Of a stretch of 24,000 nt of DNA, positions 1 to 8,715 are shown in pieces. Made by a program: the position numbers and the translations under genes. The DNA is from Eubacteriales bacterium (GTDB lineage Bacteria; Bacillota; Clostridia; Oscillospirales; CAG-272): the NCBI GenBank assembly GCA_045538195.1, contig JAZSRA010000065.1, positions 1 to 24,000 of the forward strand, given 5' to 3'. A model generated the notes under the pieces. The model did no database searches, was not told the DNA's origin, and saw nothing but the letters and a program-made list of their open reading frames with translations. Numbering within the stretch: the first letter of the stretch is position 1; each line of letters opens with the position of its first letter.

Positions 1-399
1 ATCGTAATAAAGCTTAAGCTTACTTGCGGCGTAGTTCCTGAAATCCTCGCAGAAGCTTTCAAGATCTACTCCCTTTTCATAGCTCTGATGTCCGTAGCGC
101 GTGCAGTTCCTGTCTATCTCACTAAGCATGCAAAAACGCTCCACGTTCTCTTGCGCTTTTTCGTCGTCTTTCCCCGAACCGTTAGCCGTAGGGTTAGGGG
201 CTATTCTATATTCCACCTTAGGCTCTTTTGACTCCTGAGACATGATCGTAATGATCAATATGGCAACGATGACCAAAACTACCACAAAATAGACAATTAT
301 AGCAGGCATAGAGGTCAGCCTTCCTATCAAGGTCGTGCGAGCCGCTAATGCCGCTTCGCTAACGGCGGCATTTGTTAAAATTGAAAAAATGTATGACAT
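1..399 (-). CDS. Partial CDS (first 133 aa; continues past the window start): membrane-anchored protein paralogous to the post-TM module of the upstream 1124-aa protein
   Basis: Absent from the ORF track because it runs off the edge. Minus-strand ATG at 399-397 with AAGGAG 8 nt upstream, and open to position 1 (MSYIFSILTNAAVSEAALAARTTLIGRLTSMPAIIVYFVVVLVIVAILIITIMSQESKEPK...). One hydrophobic helix. The segment VDLESFCEDFRNYAASKLKLYYD aligns with VDFASAAAEFEKFAAERGFKVSGD of the preceding protein. Confidence 0.6.
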   Translation of the reverse strand, partial: MSYIFSILTNAAVSEAALAARTTLIGRLTSMPAIIVYFVVVLVIVAILIITIMSQESKEPKVEYRIAPNPTANGSGKDDEKAQENVERFCMLSEIDRNCTRYGHQSYEKGVDLESFCEDFRNYAASKLKLYYD

Positions 400-422
400 T
401 GATCGTACTCCTTAGACTGCTC

Positions 423-3400
423 TTACGCTCTGTTCGATCCGCACGCCTTGATAACTCTCTTGCAAGCCTCTGCGCGGTCTTCACCAAATATAGCCTCAAC
501 GGTCTCATCGAGGCTCTTACCGTCCTCTGCCGTGGCGCCCTTTTGAGCCAACATTACGGGGACCATCAGCTTAGCGGCAACCGCCTCATCAACGGCATTG
601 ATCTGCTCGCCGCCGCATGCAAGATAAACGTATGCAAACTTTTCAAGGCAAAGCCAAAGCTTGTTTCCGATATGGAAGGGGGTTTGATGATTGATCTTTT
701 CCTCAAATCGGTCGATCTTCTTCCAAAGCTCCTCGTCAACAGCAAATCGGGACGCAGTTCTCTCAACGAGCCAATCCAACTGATAATAGCTGAATTTATG
801 AACGGTGGACAACTGCTCACTTGCGGCACATTCCGCAATATCGAACAAATTGACCGTAGCAATCTCTGACACGAAATCGGGAAGCTCTGCCACAGATGCG
901 CCCTCGGCAAGATTTATCACAAACCACACGTTTTTGGGAATATAATAGGAAGTCTCTATATTTCTCTCGTTAAAAACGGTAACGTGATTATTTGCAAGAG
1001 GATTCTTTACATAATTCACATAGGAGGAGAAATAGAGAGGCATATTCGCGCCTACAACCTGAGTTAATGCCGCAAGATGAATACTGTGTCCGTTGTTTCT
1101 GGCAGACTCCAAAGCATAATTTATATTTGTCTTGACCTTGTTGCCTTGACCGTCGGTTTTAAACAGAACGCTCTCACAGCTATTGTAGTTATCGTTTACA
1201 CTGTCGATAAACAAAGGGGACTCAAAATAATTGGAAAGCATGAGTAAGAGGGTCTTGAAATCATTGTCGTTCATGCCTTTAACGATCACAAGTCTGGATG
1301 CGGAAAGCGCGGCAAAGATGTTCTTCACTACGTCGCCGCTTACCTTAAATCCTCTTTCTGCGGCAAATTTTTCAAATTCCGCAGCGGCAGACGCAAAATC
1401 CACCTCCCTGTCAATATAGCGCAGGTACTCCGAATCAACGCCTTCTATACGCTCCTCGGTATCAGCGGCAACAGCTTCATCGGCAACGTCAAACTCATCA
1501 ACAAACATTTTTTCCGCATTATAAGCAGAAATCTTCTCCGAGTCCTCGAACATCTTACTGTTCTTTTCATTCAAAGCCGCTTTTTCCGCTTTTCTGATCT
1601 TACTTCTTCTTATCGCCTCGGTTACAAAGAACACGATCGAGGATATTCCCAACACAATGCAGAAAATATCAAAAAACGCCGAATCAAGACTATTCAAAGC
1701 GCAATATATTTTTAAAATTATTGCAAGCGACATAGCGGCCGCTCCCGCTACAATATTGAATATCGACTTTTTCATAGGTTTAAGTTTAGCCTCCAATTTA
1801 AAGTTATCGGAATTAATATTTGATTCCGAATAAATATAGTCACTGATCTTCTTTCCGTCGTATTCAGGCGGCTCCGAACCTGCTGAAATGATTTTTTTCA
1901 GTCTGATATCTTTCAGCGAAGATCCGATATACACCGTGTATTTGCCGGACTCTGTAACAAATCCGCCTTTTTTCGGTGAATATATTTCCGGTATCCTCAA
2001 TGGGATCTGAACCGTTTTCGTCTCGCCGGGACGAAGCTCGACCCGAGCAAATCCGCAAAGCTCCTTCAGAGGACGTATTGCGCCCAGATCTTCATATCCC
2101 ACGTACATCTGGACTGTCTCGACGCCTTCCATAGCCCCGTCATTTTTCACGGTAAAGCTAACAGCATCCTTAGATACCGTCATAGACGAATACGAAAAGC
2201 GCGTATAACTCAAGCCGTGACCGAAAGGAAATCCGTCAAATTCTTCTTCATAATCGTAATAACGGTACCCGATAAAGGGACCTACGCAAAGCTTATCTCG
2301 CACTCTCCTTGTTTTGTAATCCAAATATCTTTGCTCGGTATCAAAATAAAGAGAATTAGCAAGCTTACCCGAGGGACTCACCTTTCCGCTCAAAATGTTC
2401 TGCAACGCCTTTGCACAAAACTTAGTTTTGATCGGTGCCATAACCATTGCAGAGCAGTTCTCGGGGTATCCTACGTCAAGAGGAGTATCCGATGGCAATA
2501 TTGCAATGATCTTCTTATTTTCGGTCTCAAGTGCCTCCAAAAGCCTTTTTTGATTTGCAGGAATAGACAGCTTTCTCTCTTTATGAAGCTTAGAAGCTCT
2601 TTTATCGGTAAATCCGAGGAACAGAAGAACCGCGTCAGCGCTCTTGGCAAGGGACACCGCTCCCTCCACCAGCTCCTCGCTTCTGTCCACGGAAAGATCG
2701 TATCCTCTTTCCAAGCCGGAAACTTGATATCCGCTCTCCGACAATAAAGTCGAAAGCTCATCGGCAAGACAGCAGCCTTCCCCTCCGGACGGCATGGCGA
2801 CGTCTCCGATCAAAGCGATCTTTTCAGAGCGTTTTAACGGCAGACGTCCATTTTGATTTTTAAGCAATACAACCGAGCTTTCCGTGGCTTTTATTGCCAA
2901 CGACTCGTTAGTATCAACAAGGGACAAATTAGGCTTTCTCTTTACCGCAAAAACAAAATCCAGCAATCTATCAAGAGCGTCGTCGATCATCTCCTCAGAA
3001 ATTGCTCTGCCCTTTAAGACTTCACTCTGAAGCTCCTCAACGGTTGAAGTGCCGTGTTCTATCATTTTGGTGAGCTGCTTGTACCTTGACAACGCCGATT
3101 CAAGAGCAAGCGCCGAGCCTTCAAAGAAAAGTCCGCCTCGGTTGATATAGGACACAGTCTTTTCCGCTGTAACGTGAGCGCACAGCGGCGTAGCGTTTTG
3201 CGCTACCTTTCCCTCGGAAACCATTCTCATAAGAGAAGAATTGAGTGCCTTGTAATTTTCAGCCGAGGTGTCCGGTTCTGTAAATATCGCCGCGCAACCT
3301 GTCTTTGAGGTCGTCTCAATATATGGCTTTACTATGTATTCGTATATAAAGCGTTCGTCAGGCTTCTCGTCAAGCCACTCGGCCTCGTCATTATAAACAC

Positions 3401-3797
3401 CAAAACCGCCAACTCCTGCGGCAATCCCCGCTCTCTCTGCCGCCGCGAGATATTCTTTTGATATCTCCGCGCCTAAAAACGGGTCTTCCGAGATAGAAAT
3501 TCTATACGGATTTATCCTAACTCTGGGTTCGGGGATCTTTACAAATCCCATTTCGCGAGAGCCTGCGAGTCTAAAAATATCGTCTGCAACACTTGACACA
3601 AGAGAAACGTCCCAAGTGTTAGACAGCGCTTTCGGTGAGGGATAAACATCTCCGCAAAGCGTCCACACGTCTCCTATACGCACTTCCGGTATGCCAAGCG
3701 CTCTGAAATTTTTATCGGATAAAGCATTAATATCACATAATATGCGAATTTTATCCACATCCGATAATTTTTTTATGACATCAAAATATTTCAACAT
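423..3797 (-). CDS. Large fusion protein: GH3-like glycoside hydrolase module (N-domain, alpha/beta sandwich domain, Fn3-like domain) + 2 TM helices + degenerate P-loop/AAA(McrB)-like C-terminal module
   Basis: GH3 signatures: ISEDPFLGAEI, VVLLKNQNGRLPL, ADAVLLFLG, VSPSGKLANSLY, GHGLSYTRFSYS and PLKELCGFARVELRPGETKTV. TM hairpin: IFNIVAGAAAMSLAIILKIYCAL and FFDIFCIVLGISSIVFFV. The C-terminal region has AAA-like spacing (LVIVKGMNDNDFKTLLLML ... IHLAALTQV ... YIPKNVWFVINLAEG). The track start at 3815 is TTG; ATG at 3797 (MLKYFD) has GGAG 6 nt upstream. Confidence 0.8.
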   Translation of the reverse strand: MLKYFDVIKKLSDVDKIRILCDINALSDKNFRALGIPEVRIGDVWTLCGDVYPSPKALSNTWDVSLVSSVADDIFRLAGSREMGFVKIPEPRVRINPYRISISEDPFLGAEISKEYLAAAERAGIAAGVGGFGVYNDEAEWLDEKPDERFIYEYIVKPYIETTSKTGCAAIFTEPDTSAENYKALNSSLMRMVSEGKVAQNATPLCAHVTAEKTVSYINRGGLFFEGSALALESALSRYKQLTKMIEHGTSTVEELQSEVLKGRAISEEMIDDALDRLLDFVFAVKRKPNLSLVDTNESLAIKATESSVVLLKNQNGRLPLKRSEKIALIGDVAMPSGGEGCCLADELSTLLSESGYQVSGLERGYDLSVDRSEELVEGAVSLAKSADAVLLFLGFTDKRASKLHKERKLSIPANQKRLLEALETENKKIIAILPSDTPLDVGYPENCSAMVMAPIKTKFCAKALQNILSGKVSPSGKLANSLYFDTEQRYLDYKTRRVRDKLCVGPFIGYRYYDYEEEFDGFPFGHGLSYTRFSYSSMTVSKDAVSFTVKNDGAMEGVETVQMYVGYEDLGAIRPLKELCGFARVELRPGETKTVQIPLRIPEIYSPKKGGFVTESGKYTVYIGSSLKDIRLKKIISAGSEPPEYDGKKISDYIYSESNINSDNFKLEAKLKPMKKSIFNIVAGAAAMSLAIILKIYCALNSLDSAFFDIFCIVLGISSIVFFVTEAIRRSKIRKAEKAALNEKNSKMFEDSEKISAYNAEKMFVDEFDVADEAVAADTEERIEGVDSEYLRYIDREVDFASAAAEFEKFAAERGFKVSGDVVKNIFAALSASRLVIVKGMNDNDFKTLLLMLSNYFESPLFIDSVNDNYNSCESVLFKTDGQGNKVKTNINYALESARNNGHSIHLAALTQVVGANMPLYFSSYVNYVKNPLANNHVTVFNERNIETSYYIPKNVWFVINLAEGASVAELPDFVSEIATVNLFDIAECAASEQLSTVHKFSYYQLDWLVERTASRFAVDEELWKKIDRFEEKINHQTPFHIGNKLWLCLEKFAYVYLACGGEQINAVDEAVAAKLMVPVMLAQKGATAEDGKSLDETVEAIFGEDRAEACKRVIKACGSNRA

Positions 3798-3836
3798 ATT
3801 GAACTCCGAAATCAATCTATATCTGTTTTAATCCGC

Positions 3837-4490
3837 TTAATTTACAGGCGTACCGTATGTCTCTTCGCCTAAGGCTCCGTTTTCGGTATCTTCTGCTCCA
3901 ATTTCGACTGTTGTTTCGTTTTCTTCGCCTTCGTTTTCAAAAAAATTATAGCTGAAAAAGACATCAAAAACACACATTATCACCAGCAAAAACGCAACCA
4001 ACGTAGCTATCAGTGCCGAAAGCCGCGGTTTTCCGAACTCTCTCGGGCGTATCGAAAATTCTGTTATATAGTTTGCTCTTGGAGCATTCTTGATTATCTG
4101 CCCGTCAGCCTTGACGTAATCCACGGTAGATCTGCCGTTTCGGACGGTATATTTATATCGTTCAGACATAATTTTCGTGAACACAATTCTAAAATCCGCA
4201 CAATACTCGTCCACCACTATCATCGCAGGAGCAACGTAAGTCGTTCCGGGCATAAAGTTGATGCCGTTATATTTAATTTTTAAGGTTTCAAGTATTTTTC
4301 CCGAAGCATCCATCTGGACAACGGAAAATTCCATAGCGTTCACAACGTAATCAAGCTCATTTAAAAATCTGAGCGTTAAGCATTTCTTTTCGTTGTGTCT
4401 GACAAAAATATACTCTTTTACCGAAACAAGATCGCTGATCTGGGGATGTTCATAAACTCCCTTGGAAATATATTGTCGTTGCGAAGTCAT
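3837..4490 (-). CDS. Hypothetical single-pass membrane protein (soluble beta-rich N-domain, one TM helix, acidic C-tail)
   Basis: The ORF-track start at 4517 is TTG; ATG at 4490 (MTSQRQ) has GAAAGGA 7 nt upstream. TM helix LSALIATLVAFLLVIMCVFDVFF, then the tail ENEGEENETTVEIGAEDTENG. No family recognised. Confidence 0.65.
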   Translation of the reverse strand: MTSQRQYISKGVYEHPQISDLVSVKEYIFVRHNEKKCLTLRFLNELDYVVNAMEFSVVQMDASGKILETLKIKYNGINFMPGTTYVAPAMIVVDEYCADFRIVFTKIMSERYKYTVRNGRSTVDYVKADGQIIKNAPRANYITEFSIRPREFGKPRLSALIATLVAFLLVIMCVFDVFFSYNFFENEGEENETTVEIGAEDTENGALGEETYGTPVN

Positions 4491-4540
4491 TTCAAAATCC
4501 TTTCTCGGATAAACCAATTTCTGATTTTCTGATCGTTGCT

Positions 4541-5251
4541 TTATTTGAATATCTTTACGTCTTTTTCACGGTGAAAAACAAGTATGATTCCCGCAAGCGC
4601 AGCACCCGCCGCCGCCGAAACCAGTATTTGCATAAGGGGCAACCCTGCCGCGATAAGCTTTATTGAAGGGAGTATTACCTCGATCAATGAAAATACCGAC
4701 GATCTTAAGGTCAAATATTCCACCACGGTAAGCACGGCAGTCACAGCGGCAAAGGTAACGACTCTCCAAATCGAATAATGCATTTTAGGGCTACCCGGAA
4801 CAATAAATCTGTTCACTTCCTTAACAACAACACAAACATAAGCAGTATTTTCGGGAAGAATAGCTGCCGCAGCGTCGCCAGATGAAACCTTTGGCACAGA
4901 TATTTGTATCGTGTCTATCTCATTGTTGCCTGAATCCAATGCAACCACGTCATATTTAATGGAAAGTATTCTCTTGTCAAATTTGCATTTTATGTACTTA
5001 TCACCGTCGTTTACGGAAAGTATATACTGCTTTATGTATTTTCCCGTCTCACCGTAGGGCTTATAGGTAATTGCTCTGCCGCCCTCGAAAACATATTTTT
5101 CGAGTCCTCTGTCTCCCATGTCCTGCACATTATAGTTCGCTTTCAGTAAAAACAAGGGCAATATCTTAGACACAAGGGCAACGTACAGAGACAAACTGAA
5201 AACAAATATTATTATTTGTGTCGGGATCGACATTGTGATCATTGTTGTCAT
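4541..5251 (-). CDS. Hypothetical polytopic membrane protein (N-terminal TM anchor, about 120-aa domain related to the 217-aa neighbour, C-terminal TM bundle)
   Basis: ATG at 5251 with AGGAGA 5 nt upstream. Hydrophobic segments at both ends. Central KYIKCKFDKRILSIKYDVVALDSGNNEIDTIQISVP resembles KKCLTLRFLNELDYVVNAMEFSVVQMDASGKILETLKIKY of the neighbouring protein. Confidence 0.65.
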   Translation of the reverse strand: MTTMITMSIPTQIIIFVFSLSLYVALVSKILPLFLLKANYNVQDMGDRGLEKYVFEGGRAITYKPYGETGKYIKQYILSVNDGDKYIKCKFDKRILSIKYDVVALDSGNNEIDTIQISVPKVSSGDAAAAILPENTAYVCVVVKEVNRFIVPGSPKMHYSIWRVVTFAAVTAVLTVVEYLTLRSSVFSLIEVILPSIKLIAAGLPLMQILVSAAAGAALAGIILVFHREKDVKIFK

Positions 5252-5304
5252 TGTTATCTCCTGAACTTTGTAATATTTAATATAACCGATATAACCGTCA
5301 GAAT

Positions 5305-6795
5305 TTATTTGGCATATTTAGAGAATATCCTTCTCACGTCTTCCTCGGTAACGGTCGAACCACCCAGATGCTTCAGTATTTCCTCGGCAACGGACGTTGC
5401 CATATCGTCCGGCAACGTAATACCGTATTCTTTGATGTATTCCCGGGCATAGGATGCAAGTACCTTTGCCTTTTCTTCTTCACTGGAATATCCTCTGTCG
5501 TTTACCTTGTTGATAGCATCGGCAATATCTTCCATCAACACATTGTATTTTGATGAATCGTAGTCAAATTCTCGGATATATTTCGAAACCGCCGCCATTG
5601 CTATTGAAGAAACGCTGATGCCGCTCATGTTGGGGTTTTCCTTAAGAATAGCATCCAGCCTGCCAACAATATCGCTTTCATTCACATACTCTACAAGAGA
5701 ATTGAAATTGCTCATATTTACGGCAAAAAGATCGCTATCCATCACTGCAGCGTATAGTTTCAACAAAGTGATCATATTAGCCTTTGCGCTGTGATGGTCT
5801 GTGTTTTGACAAACCGAAAGTATTTCATCAAAGGCGGGTTCGATCAGATCGTTGGTAACAGGCTTCGCTATGCCAAAAACCCGATCACCGTTTTTCCATG
5901 CAGTTGCAAAACTTGAAATATATTCACCCAAAGCTCCCGAGAATAGCTCCAGTCTTTCTACGTTATCGCAAAGCCCATATATTCGGCTTATTTGCTCGTC
6001 AGTTGCGTTTTGGGGATCAACGAATGCGCTATACGTGTACTTGAGATCATCAAAAACATCTACCAGTGCGTCTGCTTCGGAAATCAAGTGGACTCTTTCA
6101 CCGTAAACCTCAGCGCTTGCGGCACTATAATACATCAGTTTGCCTCCAAGCTGATAAAAAACATTTCCGCAAAAGTCGTTTGCATAAACAGACAAGTCTA
6201 TTTCGTTTGCACTTTCCGTCACGCTATCCGTCTCGCTTAGTTTAAAATTGCCAACAATACTCAAAGTCTTGTTTGCAACGTCAAGAGTTCCCATTATCGG
6301 ACTCGTTATTACCATAGTTACAACAACCGAAACGATCACACCCGTAATGACCGACAGCACTTTGTCGTTTTGATCAAAATAAGAGTTTTCCTCTTTACAG
6401 TATTCTGGCGTATCAGCGAAACGTCTGATCTTGCTTTTACACACTATACGAACGATAAATTGAGTAATAGCGCGAACCGCAAAAAACACCGCAACGAAAA
6501 GTAGCGACCCGAGGACCATTCCCATGATAGCCTCAACAAATACGTTTACCCAGGAATAGTCTTGAACCAATTCCCGATACACAGAAAGGTTATTGAGAAT
6601 TAAATACGATACAAGGCTTGAAATGACTTCGGAAATGAGATATGTAACCAAAGCGGAAAAAATCACAGAAAACACAACTATAGCAAGTGAGATAAGGGTC
6701 ATTCTGAACCCTTTTTTGATGCTTCGATACACCTCCGTTGCAGTCACCGAGAAAAATATCAACAATATTGCGATCGAAAATAAGCTAAAAGTCAT
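5305..6795 (-). CDS. Membrane protein with a CvpA-like N-terminal TM bundle and a roughly 300-aa helical C-terminal domain
   Basis: ATG at 6795 with AAGAGGA 7 nt upstream. There are 4-5 N-terminal TM helices (FSIAILLIFFSVTA, LISLAIVVFSVIFSALVTYLI, GMVLGSLLFVAVFFAV, VITGVIVSVVVTMVI). The CvpA-family call is by overall resemblance only. Confidence 0.6.
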   Translation of the reverse strand: MTFSLFSIAILLIFFSVTATEVYRSIKKGFRMTLISLAIVVFSVIFSALVTYLISEVISSLVSYLILNNLSVYRELVQDYSWVNVFVEAIMGMVLGSLLFVAVFFAVRAITQFIVRIVCKSKIRRFADTPEYCKEENSYFDQNDKVLSVITGVIVSVVVTMVITSPIMGTLDVANKTLSIVGNFKLSETDSVTESANEIDLSVYANDFCGNVFYQLGGKLMYYSAASAEVYGERVHLISEADALVDVFDDLKYTYSAFVDPQNATDEQISRIYGLCDNVERLELFSGALGEYISSFATAWKNGDRVFGIAKPVTNDLIEPAFDEILSVCQNTDHHSAKANMITLLKLYAAVMDSDLFAVNMSNFNSLVEYVNESDIVGRLDAILKENPNMSGISVSSIAMAAVSKYIREFDYDSSKYNVLMEDIADAINKVNDRGYSSEEEKAKVLASYAREYIKEYGITLPDDMATSVAEEILKHLGGSTVTEEDVRRIFSKYAK

Positions 6796-6915
6796 ATCTT
6801 TGTCCTCTTTTCGGGAGTAATAATTAAAAAGCTTGCATCAGACCTAATCAACAACTAAAAACACTTTTAGCAGTGCCTAATCTGAAGCATATTTCACAGT
6901 CAATAAATATTCATA

Positions 6916-6944
6916 ATTATACCATATACACTCGAATTTGTCAA
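6916..6944 (-). promoter_or_regulatory. Consensus sigma-A type promoter for the 6795->1 operon
   Basis: Minus strand reads TTGACA (6944-6939), a 17-nt spacer, then TATAAT (6921-6916). This lies about 120 nt upstream of the ATG at 6795. Confidence 0.6.
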
Positions 6945-6992
6945 CTGAAATATGTGACACCAGAAAAATTGAACAAGTTCATATCTCAAATT

Positions 6993-7031
6993 AAAACGGC
7001 TGACACCATCGTGTTTGATAGTGTCAGCCGT
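6993..7031 (-). terminator. Rho-independent terminator candidate for the rex-hydS-hydA operon
   Basis: 11-bp perfect inverted repeat ACGGCTGACAC (6996-7006) / GTGTCAGCCGT (7021-7031) with a 14-nt loop. On the minus strand it is followed by TTTAATTT. It lies about 245 nt downstream of the stop at 7277. Confidence 0.5.
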
Positions 7032-7276
7032 ATGAGTCGTAATGCTAAGTAGGTTTTAGATCTATGAGTTCGGCGTAAACCTTGTCTTCTTGAATGATCC
7101 TCTGATCAATATTCAGTCCTCAATTAGACCAAGAACAACCTTCCTAATATCAATATAGGATCGGTAATGCCGCAATCGATGACTTCTTTATAGGCAACAT
7201 CCAATTGATAAACAACTTCATGATGGCTCTTGACAAAGAGCAGATCAAATATTTAAGCAAGCCGTTATCAATTTCT

Positions 7277-8707
7277 TTATTTTAAAATAGATATCGCATC
7301 ACCGATAGTCTTTTCAAGTGACTCACGGCCGTATTTGTCAACCTCGGCTTTATTTTTTTCACCGTGGGTGAGGCATCCTGCGCCGCCGATACAACCGCCG
7401 ACACACGCCATGCCCTCGATAAAGTTGCCGTCAAGCGCACCCTTGCTCAGCTTTAGCAGAGCCACACGGCAGGCTTCAATTCCGTCGCATACCACGGGCT
7501 TTATCTCAAAGTCGATGTTCTGCTCCTTCATCGCCTGTACTGCCGCATCGGTAAGACCTCCGCTGCGGGCAAAGATACGACCGAAGTAGGAAGCGTTATC
7601 GAGGACTCCCTCCTCAAGGGATGCGATATCAAGATCACGGCTGTCAAAGAGTGCCTGAAGCTCCTCAAAGGTCAGCACGGTATCCACGTAAGGCTTGACA
7701 GACTCGAGCTGAGCCTCTGCCTTTTTAGCGGTACAAGGGCCGATAAAGATGACCTTTGCGTTAGGTGTAGTCTCCTTAATGTACTTTGCAAGCACCGCCA
7801 TGGGAGACATATTATGAGAAATATGCTCAACCAGATTCGGGAACGTGGACTTTATGTACTGCACGAATGCGGGACAGCAGGAGCTTGTAAGAAGACCCTT
7901 TTCGGAAAGCTCTCTTGCTTCTGCCATAGCCACCATATCCGCGCCAAGTGCCGCCTCGATAACGTCGTGGAAGCCGAGCTTTTTAAGTCCCGTTACCACC
8001 TGACCCAACTTTGCGTAAGAGAATTGGCTCGAAATAGAGGGAGCAACAACGGCATATACCTTGTAATTGCCGCCTCTTGTGTCGCTCCTGCTCTTTTTGA
8101 GAATATCGATGGCGTTCAGTATAAAGGACTTGTCCATAATTGCGCCGAAGGGACACTGATATACGCAAGCGCCACACTGTATGCACTTGTGGTTGTCGAT
8201 AGCCGCCGCACTTTGCTCGTTCATAGAAATTGCCTTGACCTTGCAAGCATTCTGGCAAGGACGCTTGCGGCTGACGATAGCGGTATAGGGGCAGACCCTG
8301 GCACAGGCACCGCACTCCTTACACTTGGATTTGTCGATGTGTGCAACGTGATTGTGGTCGAAGGTGATAGCACCGAATTTGCACACGTCCTCGCAACGGT
8401 GAGCGAGACAGCCGCGGCAGGCGTTGGTCACCTCATAACCGCCAACGGGACACTCGTCGCAGGCGATATCTATGACCTGTATAATATTAGGATTATCCTT
8501 GTCGCCGCCCATCGCCAGCTTGACTCTCTCGCCAAGAATTGCTCTTTCCTTATATACGCAACAGCGCATAGTAGGCTCGTTACCTGGTACGATGTTTTTG
8601 GGAATATCCATAATATTATCAAGCAGCTTATCCTCCCACGCGAGGCGAGCCACTTCACGCAATACTTTATATTTTAAATGTTGTACTTTTGTATCAAATT
8701 TACGCAT
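7277..8707 (-). CDS. hydA: [FeFe] hydrogenase, monomeric ferredoxin-type (group B-like), with N-terminal Cys-rich and 2x[4Fe-4S] ferredoxin domains
   Basis: H-cluster motifs LTSSCCPAFV, FIGPCTAKKAEA and EGMACVGGCIGGAG. Ferredoxin motifs CKECGACARVCP and CIQCGACVYQCP. N-terminal MRCCVYKERAI and CDECPVGGY. The track start at 8719 is TTG; ATG at 8707 (MRKFD) sits 8 nt after the PP2C stop, with GAGGTG as RBS. Confidence 0.9.
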   Translation of the reverse strand: MRKFDTKVQHLKYKVLREVARLAWEDKLLDNIMDIPKNIVPGNEPTMRCCVYKERAILGERVKLAMGGDKDNPNIIQVIDIACDECPVGGYEVTNACRGCLAHRCEDVCKFGAITFDHNHVAHIDKSKCKECGACARVCPYTAIVSRKRPCQNACKVKAISMNEQSAAAIDNHKCIQCGACVYQCPFGAIMDKSFILNAIDILKKSRSDTRGGNYKVYAVVAPSISSQFSYAKLGQVVTGLKKLGFHDVIEAALGADMVAMAEARELSEKGLLTSSCCPAFVQYIKSTFPNLVEHISHNMSPMAVLAKYIKETTPNAKVIFIGPCTAKKAEAQLESVKPYVDTVLTFEELQALFDSRDLDIASLEEGVLDNASYFGRIFARSGGLTDAAVQAMKEQNIDFEIKPVVCDGIEACRVALLKLSKGALDGNFIEGMACVGGCIGGAGCLTHGEKNKAEVDKYGRESLEKTIGDAISILK

Positions 8708-8715
8708 TTTACACC

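Larger units (their letters stand above)
6912..7262 (+). pseudogene. Decayed serine recombinase (resolvase/invertase family) fragment
   Basis: Frame starting near 6912 reads ...YTIYTRICQLKYVTPEKLNKFISQIKTADTIVFDSVSRMSRNAK*. The xDxIVFDSVSRMSRNA block is the classic resolvase core. After a stop and frameshift it continues IYEFGVNLVFLNDPLINIQSS, and a third frame gives GNAAIDDFFIGNIQLINNFMMALDKEQIKYLSK. The N-terminal catalytic Ser region and the C-terminal HTH are missing. Confidence 0.6.

Noticed and set aside
7814-8677. 287-aa plus-strand ORF
   Set aside because: It is entirely antisense to the motif-rich [FeFe] hydrogenase gene. The translation is low-complexity with no recognisable motif or RBS, so it is a shadow ORF.
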